Below, in pieces: positions 31,398 through 39,474 of a stretch of 41,190 nt of DNA. The notes beneath the pieces are model-generated. The model saw only the letters and a program-made list of their open reading frames with translations. It was not told the origin of the DNA and did no database searches. The position numbers and the translations under genes were made by a program. Each line of letters starts with the position of its first letter. The first letter of the stretch is position 1. The stretch spans positions 1-41,190 of IMG/VR virus record IMGVR_UViG_3300027533_000012; one strand, 5' to 3'. Source of the stretch: a virus.

Positions 31398-32578
31398 CCC
31401 CAGTTATCCGGCAGGTTGCCGGGATTGCTTGGCGTCGTCGTATACGGCGGAGTCGCACCGCCGCCACTACGATTGAAGATGCGGCCCCAATCGATGTTCC
31501 CGAGCGTGTTGTAGATGGCGCTGTTCGCATTCGAGTCGGCGATGGTGCCGCGCGCCGCGTTGTCACCCTGCCCAGTCGCCAGGTTCGCCTGATCACGTCC
31601 GTATTGCGTGGCATACTGCGCCGTCTGACCCGCCGCGTTGATGCCCTGACCCGCCGCTTGCAGGCCGTAGCCCACCATCGGATTCAGCTTGTTGAAGGCG
31701 TTGTTCTGGTTCGTCCAGAAGGCGTTCTGGTCGTTCCCGTAATTCCGGAATGCCCGCGCATCGGCCGCACCGTATTCCTGAGACGCCATGCCCTGCGCGT
31801 AACCAGCCAAGTCCTTCAGCGTGCCACCGGTCAGCAACGTCCCCTTGGACGCCGCCGACCGCTCGAGCGCCTTCTGGCCTTCCTGTAACCGGAACTGGAA
31901 GCCGGGATCATCAGTCAGATTCGGCGCTTGATAGGACTCCGTCCACGGCGCCAGCAGTCCCGGAGCGTTGAACGAGGCCGTCCGCGACACCGCATTCGGT
32001 GAGAAGCCTTCGGCGCTCAGACCGCCACCATAGCCGCCGTAGCTGCCGCCGGGCCCACCGTCTGGCGAGATGGACCCATTCTCACGCCCAATCCAGTAGT
32101 CCTCCATCGTGCGTCCCGGTTCACCCGTGGCCCACGCCGAGCGGTCGTTCGGGTCGTTGTTCTTATTGACGTAATACTGGACCTGATTGGCGACCTGCGC
32201 CTCGGTCCAGTCGGGATGCGACTGCTTGATGGTGTCCCGAATGCGCGATGGGAAGTCCGTCGGCGAGGCCGGACCACCACCTGAGCCGTGAAATCCACCA
32301 ATACTCCAGTCTCCAGATGTCGGCTGGTTCTCCATGCCGCGCACGACCATGCCGTCCTCGCCGTAGCCGGTCTGATACCCACCCGCGCCGGCCGGATTGC
32401 CATTCACCGCCCAATACGGGTCGTGACTCACCATCGTGCCGTCATCCCGATACGCCGGATTCTGGCCTGACCCTTCGACGTTGACGGGATTCCCACGGGC
32501 ATCGACCAGTCGCCCGTTCTCATCGACATGAATACCCGAGCCAGAGACCGCGTATTTACTCCAATCGAAGTCCGCCAT
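31394..32578 (-). CDS. internal virion protein (putative), Gly/Asn/Gln-rich
   Basis: 394 aa with ATGA coupling. Confidence 0.35.
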   Translation of the reverse strand: MADFDWSKYAVSGSGIHVDENGRLVDARGNPVNVEGSGQNPAYRDDGTMVSHDPYWAVNGNPAGAGGYQTGYGEDGMVVRGMENQPTSGDWSIGGFHGSGGGPASPTDFPSRIRDTIKQSHPDWTEAQVANQVQYYVNKNNDPNDRSAWATGEPGRTMEDYWIGRENGSISPDGGPGGSYGGYGGGLSAEGFSPNAVSRTASFNAPGLLAPWTESYQAPNLTDDPGFQFRLQEGQKALERSAASKGTLLTGGTLKDLAGYAQGMASQEYGAADARAFRNYGNDQNAFWTNQNNAFNKLNPMVGYGLQAAGQGINAAGQTAQYATQYGRDQANLATGQGDNAARGTIADSNANSAIYNTLGNIDWGRIFNRSGGGATPPYTTTPSNPGNLPDNWG

Positions 32579-33231
32579 TAGGCCCTCGATCCTGGCAGCA
32601 TCCGGCCACCATTGTTCAGCGCATCCTGCAACTGATCTTCCGGCACGCGGTAGAACTTCCCATCCGGCCCCTGCACGTTCGGTTGTGCGTAGGAACTCTC
32701 ACTCTGTGACCGGGCCGACAACGCCCGCGCCAGCGAGGGACGCATCTCCGGGACCGCGTTGTCGTCGGTGACCAGTGACGACAGCGTCTGATGCCCCCCA
32801 GATTCGTTGGATGGCATCGACGGCGGCATGGAACTCTCCGTCGGTGCCGCGGTCGCCGTCGCCGTGAGCGGCTGCGACGTGCCCCCAAACCCCATCAGCG
32901 TCGAGAGCGCATTCGCGCCCTGATTCCCGAGTTGGGTATACGGCGTCAGCGCCTGCGCCGCTGTGTTGATGCCACCGATGGCCCCGCCCGGTGCGGCCGG
33001 TGAACCGTTACCGCCCGTGCCTCCCGTGCCTGTCCCTGTGCCGTTGTAGGCGTCACTCAGGGCTGTGGACGCCTTCGCGGTCGCCGCGGCCTGTTCCTTC
33101 TTGGCCTGGTCGATCTTCTCTTTCTGGTCGAGCGCGGCCGCGACGGGTGCCGCCACCGCCATCGACGCGCCACCCGTGAACGGCATCAACACGCCGCCGC
33201 CGATAAGAACCGCCCACTTCTGCCAGCCCAT
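32578..33231 (-). CDS. membrane-anchored Gly/Ala-rich virion protein (putative ejection protein)
   Basis: 217 aa with the N-terminal hydrophobic segment WAVLIGGGVLMPFTGGASMAVAAPVAA. Confidence 0.4.
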   Translation of the reverse strand: MGWQKWAVLIGGGVLMPFTGGASMAVAAPVAAALDQKEKIDQAKKEQAAATAKASTALSDAYNGTGTGTGGTGGNGSPAAPGGAIGGINTAAQALTPYTQLGNQGANALSTLMGFGGTSQPLTATATAAPTESSMPPSMPSNESGGHQTLSSLVTDDNAVPEMRPSLARALSARSQSESSYAQPNVQGPDGKFYRVPEDQLQDALNNGGRMLPGSRA

Positions 33232-33252
33232 AAAAGTGCCCCTATTCTACGC

Positions 33253-35595
33253 CTAGACCCACGACAGGACGTGCAGGATGGGCGCGAAGTTCGGTGTCGC
33301 GCTGTTATCCGTGTTCACGTAGAACCCGACTTGATCCGCCGTCAGAAAGTCCGTCCGACCCACGGAGTGGAACTCAATCCAACTCAACCCGTTCTCACTG
33401 AAGTAGATTTTGCGGTCGGTATTGTTGTCTTCGATCTTCCACCAGTTCGGAATCTTGTTGACCGCCAGCGTCCGATAACTCGTCGAGGCCGACGTCGCCG
33501 TGTTCATCTTCTGCGAGGCGACCGCAATCGTCGTAGACCCCGTATCGAGCGCCGCGAAATGCAGACACGCCATCTTGCCGTCACTGGACTGCCGGAAGCA
33601 CATCCCGACCGACTGATTCGCCTTCTGCACGAAGCACGGCAGCACATACGCGATGCGGGTCCACGGAGCGGAGCCTGACGACTCGACGCGCACCTGGAAG
33701 TTCACGCCCGAGCCCGTGGCCGCTCCGGTCAGGAGCATCCCGCCGTTCGCCGTGCTAATCGTCGCGCTGCCCTGATTCACCCATGAGAAGGAACCCGTGG
33801 GCGTCGTGAACTTGAACAGCGGCCCGAATGGGGCCCACAGTGACCCCGAGTAGCGGGCCATGTAGGGCGCATCGGTGTAGAGGTCTTCATACCCGGCCAG
33901 CGGCGACCCCGGCTCAGACCCGATGGCCGTCGTCGAGAGCAGCGTGGACGGCAGCGGCCCGCGCTTGACGACCGTGCCGCTCGTGCTGTTCCACAGGACA
34001 ATCTCGTTATCGACCGTCGCCGCACCAGGTCCGGAGACGTCACCACCGCCCGCCGCGGTCGCCCACTGACCATCCCCGCGCCAATACGTCGAACTGGACG
34101 CCGCCGTGCCGCTGTTGAGATGCGACACCGGGAGATTGCCCGTGACTTCCGAGCCTGACAAGTCAATCGCTGCGGCCGACAACACGCCTGACGCCAACTT
34201 GGCCGGGCCCGTGCCCGTCGCCGCCTTCAGCAGTTTGCCCGTCGTGCCGTCGAACAGTGCCGCCTGACTCGCCACCGACGACGCCGGCCCCACCACATCG
34301 CCCGTGCCGACCGGCGCCGCATCCTGCCAGACCGTGCCCGTGGACCGCTGTAGCTTGTTCGCCGGCGTCGAGTCCGTCAGCGTGTAATACGTCCCCACCG
34401 GGACCGCACTCGCCGCGGGCTGACCCGCCGTCGTGCCCCGCTGATGAATCTGCGCCACCGTGCTCGAGTTCGGCAAATCCGGAGACGCCGCCGTGACCAC
34501 AAACGGCTCGTCGGAATCTGCCTGCTGCGCCAAGGCCGTCGCAATATCGACTCCGCCCAAGTCGCCCTGTATCTCGTCAATCGCCTGAGACGCCGCCTGC
34601 TGCTGGTTCGCCGTGTTCTGGAAGGCAATCCGCCACGGATACGTCAGCACCCCCGTCCGCGGCTCGGTAATGGGATGGTTGAGCACTGCGGCAAACGGAC
34701 TCGACACGCCGCCCATCGACGTGCCGGGCAGATTCACCTTCGGAGCCGTGCCCTGCGACGTGAACACCAGCGCCCCGGCCACCACCACGCCCCGACTCCA
34801 CTGTCCGGAAACCGGGTTGATGTCGATGACCACGAGTTCGTCCGCCGCTTCCCCGATGCCAGTCGAGTAGGCAATCCGCACCGTGGTCGCATTGAGCGCG
34901 ATGGCGTCCATCGCAAAACACGCCCCGGTCGCCCCGAGGAAGAATCCGACCTGACCGTCTTTGGGGCGGATGGTCAGTGATTCGGTGACCTCTACGACGA
35001 AGACCCGCGATCCGATCACCACCGGCACCAGTTGATTCACCAGCGCGGTCTGACTCGTGAACTCCGCCAGCGCCCCCGTCGACACCAGCCGCAGCGCCCA
35101 CTGCGACCCGAACTGATATGCCAGGTAGTCATCCCGCAACCGGATGACCGCACTCGACAGCGTGACCGCGAGGCTCAGTTCTTTCGAGCCGGTATCGTCA
35201 TAGACCGCGAGGTTCTTGCCTTCCGACTGGTTGACGATGAGCACCGTCTGCCCATCCGGCGAGACGTCCCCGAGCGCCCCGGCCGCGAACGGCCCCAACC
35301 CAGAGACCGACGTCCGCACGCCCGACACCGAGAGATACGCGGCCCAGACCCCGCCGCCGGCGCCCAGTTCATTCTCACCGGCCGCATCTTCGATGGTCAG
35401 CGTATCGGTCGAGACGACATACCGACCGAGCTTGAACACCGCCGGCGAGAACTCGTTCTGGAGAATCAGCGTGTCATCGTCGAACCAGCGCGGGGCTCCG
35501 TTGACCGACGAGCCCAGTCCGGTCGGCGTCGTGCCGTCAATCGACGTCGCCACCGTCCCCTGAGCCGCCGAGCCGACGCTGTTGAGCTTCGGCAT
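33253..35595 (-). CDS. large tail protein (putative tail spike or hub; beta-rich)
   Basis: 780 aa. It is the largest structural ORF and lies next to the other tail genes. Confidence 0.4.
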   Translation of the reverse strand: MPKLNSVGSAAQGTVATSIDGTTPTGLGSSVNGAPRWFDDDTLILQNEFSPAVFKLGRYVVSTDTLTIEDAAGENELGAGGGVWAAYLSVSGVRTSVSGLGPFAAGALGDVSPDGQTVLIVNQSEGKNLAVYDDTGSKELSLAVTLSSAVIRLRDDYLAYQFGSQWALRLVSTGALAEFTSQTALVNQLVPVVIGSRVFVVEVTESLTIRPKDGQVGFFLGATGACFAMDAIALNATTVRIAYSTGIGEAADELVVIDINPVSGQWSRGVVVAGALVFTSQGTAPKVNLPGTSMGGVSSPFAAVLNHPITEPRTGVLTYPWRIAFQNTANQQQAASQAIDEIQGDLGGVDIATALAQQADSDEPFVVTAASPDLPNSSTVAQIHQRGTTAGQPAASAVPVGTYYTLTDSTPANKLQRSTGTVWQDAAPVGTGDVVGPASSVASQAALFDGTTGKLLKAATGTGPAKLASGVLSAAAIDLSGSEVTGNLPVSHLNSGTAASSSTYWRGDGQWATAAGGGDVSGPGAATVDNEIVLWNSTSGTVVKRGPLPSTLLSTTAIGSEPGSPLAGYEDLYTDAPYMARYSGSLWAPFGPLFKFTTPTGSFSWVNQGSATISTANGGMLLTGAATGSGVNFQVRVESSGSAPWTRIAYVLPCFVQKANQSVGMCFRQSSDGKMACLHFAALDTGSTTIAVASQKMNTATSASTSYRTLAVNKIPNWWKIEDNNTDRKIYFSENGLSWIEFHSVGRTDFLTADQVGFYVNTDNSATPNFAPILHVLSWV

Positions 35596-36794
35596 CAGCT
35601 AATCCCCGGCTCGAGGTCCATGTAGGCCTGCACCAGTCCCCACGCGACCGGATCGGAACACGTCACGCGGAAGACCCAATCTCGGGCCTGCCCGAGCTGC
35701 CACCAGATGACGCGCTGGCGGTATTCCCCGAGCTTGCCGACCGACATGGGCATCGACGCGCCCCAGGTCGCGCCGCCATCCTTCGAGATTTGCAGGTGGA
35801 TCATCGGGTCCGAGCCCTGCCCCTGCGACGTGTTCAGCCCCACGCCGACATCCATCCACAGTTCGAAGTTGTGAATGAACGTCCACTGGCCTTGATTGGC
35901 GATATGCGGCGACTGGCGCAGTCGACGAATCAGCCGACGATTGGAGGTAATCGGCGCACAGCCATTCTCGCCGGGGATGACGGGCGCGGTCTCGTTCTGA
36001 AACTCCACCGTCGTTATCTCGCCTTCGGTGAGTTCAATCGCATCGGCGGTGCCGTCGCTGACGACAATCGCCGCTTGAGACCAGCCGCAGACTTGCCCCT
36101 CTGAACAGAAGTATTCGACCTCGGGATCGAGCCCGACATACGTGACCGAGTCGCCGCCTTTGAGCGTGAAGGTCGCCGGGTCCAGACCGGGACCGACGGT
36201 GATGATGAACTCCGCCGTCGGATCATCGACATTCGTCGTCTTCGAGAAGGTGATCCCCGTATCGCCCGCACCCTCAGCGACGAGAAACTCTCCGAAGGCG
36301 AATCCAAACTCAATCGTCTCTGTGTCGAAATCACGCATCGTGATCGACGTAATGGTCTGACCGACCGGCGCATACCACCCGAAGCCAGAGGCCCCGTTTT
36401 CCGCCTCTACCGGCTGCGTCCCTGATGTCGTGCCATCACTCGCTGAGTAGACGACCGTGAACGTCGAGAAGACGTTCGGCTCCATATACCACATGAACGC
36501 GCCGACATTCGGCGGGAGCGAGATGGTAAAACTTTCGAGGTCGTCTGGGAACTCCACGAAATACAGGTCGCCGGTATAGCCGTGGCTCCACGTCGCCCAG
36601 CCATCCCCGACCTTCGTATGCACCATCGGGATACTGAACGTGATATTGCCGCCGACGACCGGACACGGCACCGTCGTGACGAGATCGTGATTGGGCCGTG
36701 CGTCATTCGCAAACGCCGTGAGCGTATACGGACCTGCCGTCGCCGGAGGCGCATCCGTCGACAACGGCGTCGGCAGAAACTGCGTCATCGCCAC
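35595..36794 (-). CDS. tail/virion protein with an Asp-box (BNR) motif
   Basis: 399 aa. ISKDGGATW matches SxDxGxTW. Confidence 0.4.
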   Translation of the reverse strand: MAMTQFLPTPLSTDAPPATAGPYTLTAFANDARPNHDLVTTVPCPVVGGNITFSIPMVHTKVGDGWATWSHGYTGDLYFVEFPDDLESFTISLPPNVGAFMWYMEPNVFSTFTVVYSASDGTTSGTQPVEAENGASGFGWYAPVGQTITSITMRDFDTETIEFGFAFGEFLVAEGAGDTGITFSKTTNVDDPTAEFIITVGPGLDPATFTLKGGDSVTYVGLDPEVEYFCSEGQVCGWSQAAIVVSDGTADAIELTEGEITTVEFQNETAPVIPGENGCAPITSNRRLIRRLRQSPHIANQGQWTFIHNFELWMDVGVGLNTSQGQGSDPMIHLQISKDGGATWGASMPMSVGKLGEYRQRVIWWQLGQARDWVFRVTCSDPVAWGLVQAYMDLEPGIS

Positions 36795-37921
36795 TAGGGC
36801 ACCACCAGGTCATCGGCATACAAGTCCAGCCGCATCTCGTAGATGACGCCCGTCGAGCGGTCCCCGACCAGATGCGTGTTGTAGCAGTAGGCGTGATTAC
36901 GCGCCGGATGCGGCTCAAACTGGATGCTGGTCTCGGGATTCCACAGCGCCCGCTCGTGCCACGCCTGTGTCGAGACGTCATAGACCCACGTCGTGGACAA
37001 CGACGGCACCAGCAACCAGAGGAAGGCGTGCCCCTCGTCCTGCTGCGCGAACATCAAGGCCCCGACCAGATTCGGCGCCTGATTCAGCGCGAACTCCACC
37101 GCATGGGTGGACACCCGCTGCGCGGCATACCCATTCGCCCGCACGACTTCACGCGCCCCGTTCTGGTTCTCCGTCAGCCAGTAGAGCGTGTTGTCGAGAT
37201 TCGCAAACGCAAACGGCGCCGCGATGCCGATCTCCACGAACCCACCTTGAATCGGCTCAAACGGGAACGAGCCATTCCCGGAGTCATACCAGGGATTCGT
37301 CGTCTTCGTGCCCCACAACCAGACTTCGCGGTGCGAGAGGCCCATCGCAATCGGCGTATCAGCGGCTTGGCTGACCTGCGCGACGTCGAGCCCGTCCCAT
37401 TCCAACCCATCTTCGAGCGACGACAGTTGGAACCCGCCCGGATACAGGCTCAGGAAGTAGCCATCGGTGAACAGGCCCATGATCGTCGGCGTGTTGAACC
37501 CGTCATCGGTAATCTCGCCAAACGTCTCGACGTTCAGGTCGAAGATGTAGCCGTGCCCGCCTGACGTGATGAACAGTTGATGGCCCCCGAGACCGTTGCT
37601 GGAGATGGTCGCCGGGTTCTCATCCACCGCAACCACGCCCCGCAGGATGATCGTCCGATTGGCGTAGACTTCGTAGAACCCGGACCCACCGACCGCGAAC
37701 AGTCGCCGATACGTGCTCTCGTAGAACAGGCACCGCACCGACCCGGCCAGCAGGTTCACAAACGGCTGGATACCGGGTGTGCCGATGAAGTAGGGATCGC
37801 CGGCCGGACTGTTCCCGTCGGCCCGCTCGAGATAGAAGTTGACCGTCCGCTCCACGTCAGCGCGACGGGACCGGACCTTCCCAGAGCCCCCCACGAATCC
37901 CGGCACGGCGACACGGGCCAT
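36794..37921 (-). CDS. beta-propeller-like virion protein (tentatively P22 gp10-type tail hub or stabilisation protein)
   Basis: 375 aa. N-terminal VERTVNFYLE and repeated beta-blade-like segments, judged from position and memory of the family. Confidence 0.35.
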   Translation of the reverse strand: MARVAVPGFVGGSGKVRSRRADVERTVNFYLERADGNSPAGDPYFIGTPGIQPFVNLLAGSVRCLFYESTYRRLFAVGGSGFYEVYANRTIILRGVVAVDENPATISSNGLGGHQLFITSGGHGYIFDLNVETFGEITDDGFNTPTIMGLFTDGYFLSLYPGGFQLSSLEDGLEWDGLDVAQVSQAADTPIAMGLSHREVWLWGTKTTNPWYDSGNGSFPFEPIQGGFVEIGIAAPFAFANLDNTLYWLTENQNGAREVVRANGYAAQRVSTHAVEFALNQAPNLVGALMFAQQDEGHAFLWLLVPSLSTTWVYDVSTQAWHERALWNPETSIQFEPHPARNHAYCYNTHLVGDRSTGVIYEMRLDLYADDLVVP

Positions 37922-38989
37922 TTACGACCCCTGATCCGAGTAGATGTTGTAGGAGCCCATCCGGTTCGGCGACAGCGCCAGGTCCAGCGCGGCATCCGCC
38001 AGCCGGATGTTCGCCCGCTTCACCTTGCCGAGCGCGTCCTGCGCGAACTGCACGACCTCTGGAATCTGCGAGAGGGACCGACCATTCGGCGCCGCCAACC
38101 GGATGGCGAGATTGTATTCGATGGCCTCCTCGTATCCGGGCGAGAACGCATACTGCGCCGTTAGACTCGCAAAGCCCGTCATCGCCCGCTTCGAGTAGAA
38201 CGCGATCTGGTTGTCGCCACTCGTAGGATTCGGCCACAGAAACGCCGTGCCAAACGGAAACGTCGGATTGTAGTAGAGCATCGTCGGCAGCGGATTCGTC
38301 AGCGTCTTGACCTGAATCGCTTCGTAGGCGTCATCCGTGATGACGGCCATCGGAATCTCCACCGCCGGCGTCGTGCTGTTCAGGATGAGCCCGCATCCGG
38401 TCACGAATAACGGACGCGCGATATCCCAATCACCACCGTTGCCGACCGTGTATTCCTGCTGACTGGACACCAGGTCAAACACATCCCGCGCGGTGACCTG
38501 CATCGTGAGTGTCTCGGTCGCCCACGAAGAAAGCATCTGGTTCAACCGACGCATCCCGTCCTGCGCCTGACCTGGTCCTGGGTCTTCAGACGGCGACAGC
38601 ACGCCGATGTCAATCAACGCACGAGAGATGAACTGCAACGCCGTGACGGTGCCGAACGACGTCCCCGAAGGGGGCGACACGGGCGTGACTGAGGACGGGT
38701 TATAGTTGACGACCGTAAACGCATCGTCACGCGGATCACAGCCAGTGGCCGTGGCATGGAGAAGCAGCGGCCCAAGCGTGTTCGCATCAATAGGCGAGGC
38801 CGCGAGTTCATACCAGCCGCTACCGACTTCCGTCACCGACCCTGACGCCGCGGCAAAGCCCGACACGCCATTCTTTTTCAGCGTGACCGTTGGCGTCTTG
38901 CCCGTCGCGCCCGTAATATGGTCGGACGACAGCACCATCAGGAACTGGAGGCCAGTCGTGGAGTTAGAAATGCTGACGGGATAGCCCAC
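37922..38989 (-). CDS. head-to-tail adaptor-like protein with an extra N-terminal ~100-aa domain
   Basis: 355 aa. RLNQMLSSWATETL...QQEYTVG...LYYNPTFPFG...GYEEAIEYNLAIRLA resembles podovirus adaptor proteins. The N-terminal domain is paralogous to 38999..39313. Confidence 0.45.
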   Translation of the reverse strand: MGYPVSISNSTTGLQFLMVLSSDHITGATGKTPTVTLKKNGVSGFAAASGSVTEVGSGWYELAASPIDANTLGPLLLHATATGCDPRDDAFTVVNYNPSSVTPVSPPSGTSFGTVTALQFISRALIDIGVLSPSEDPGPGQAQDGMRRLNQMLSSWATETLTMQVTARDVFDLVSSQQEYTVGNGGDWDIARPLFVTGCGLILNSTTPAVEIPMAVITDDAYEAIQVKTLTNPLPTMLYYNPTFPFGTAFLWPNPTSGDNQIAFYSKRAMTGFASLTAQYAFSPGYEEAIEYNLAIRLAAPNGRSLSQIPEVVQFAQDALGKVKRANIRLADAALDLALSPNRMGSYNIYSDQGS

Positions 38990-38998
38990 GAGTCCTCC

Positions 38999-39313
38999 TT
39001 ACAGTGCCGGCAACGACGCCGGCCGATAATTCACGACCGTAAACGTGTCGTCGCGCGGGTCACACGCAGACGCGGTCGCATGGAGCAACATTGGCCCAAG
39101 CACGTTCGTATCGAGCGCCGACGCCGCCACCTGATACCACCCATTCCCGACTTCCGTCACCGCCCCAACGGCCGGCGCAAACGCCGTCTCACCGTTCTTC
39201 TTCAGTTCCACCGTCGGCAACTTTCCCGTGGCCCCCGTAACGTGATCCACCGACAACACCATCAGGAACTGTAACGACGTAGACGTGTTCCCTCTCGACA
39301 CTGGATAGCCCAC
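38999..39313 (-). CDS. stand-alone copy of the adaptor N-terminal domain
   Basis: 104 aa with a GTG start. About 72 of the first 100 residues are identical to the N-terminus of 37922..38989 by hand alignment. Confidence 0.6.
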   Translation of the reverse strand: MGYPVSRGNTSTSLQFLMVLSVDHVTGATGKLPTVELKKNGETAFAPAVGAVTEVGNGWYQVAASALDTNVLGPMLLHATASACDPRDDTFTVVNYRPASLPAL

Positions 39314-39474
39314 TAGAACCCTCCCGTCTGCGTCGAGGCCGGAATGTTCGACCGTGAACCCACGCGGTCAGGGAAATCCGTCATCCGGCGCTCTTTGATG
39401 GCCGATGTCTGACCGACCTTGCACCAATACCGCGGCGCCCACATCCGATCCGCCCAGTAGCGTGAGGCCCACAT
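39313..39474 (-). CDS. small Trp/Arg-rich ORF (below the ORF-track size cutoff)
   Basis: 53 aa, MWASRYWADRMWAPRYWCKV... The ATG follows the fibre TAA directly, and its TAG overlaps the next GTG by 1 nt. GC3 is about 80% by hand count. Confidence 0.45.
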   Translation of the reverse strand: MWASRYWADRMWAPRYWCKVGQTSAIKERRMTDFPDRVGSRSNIPASTQTGGF

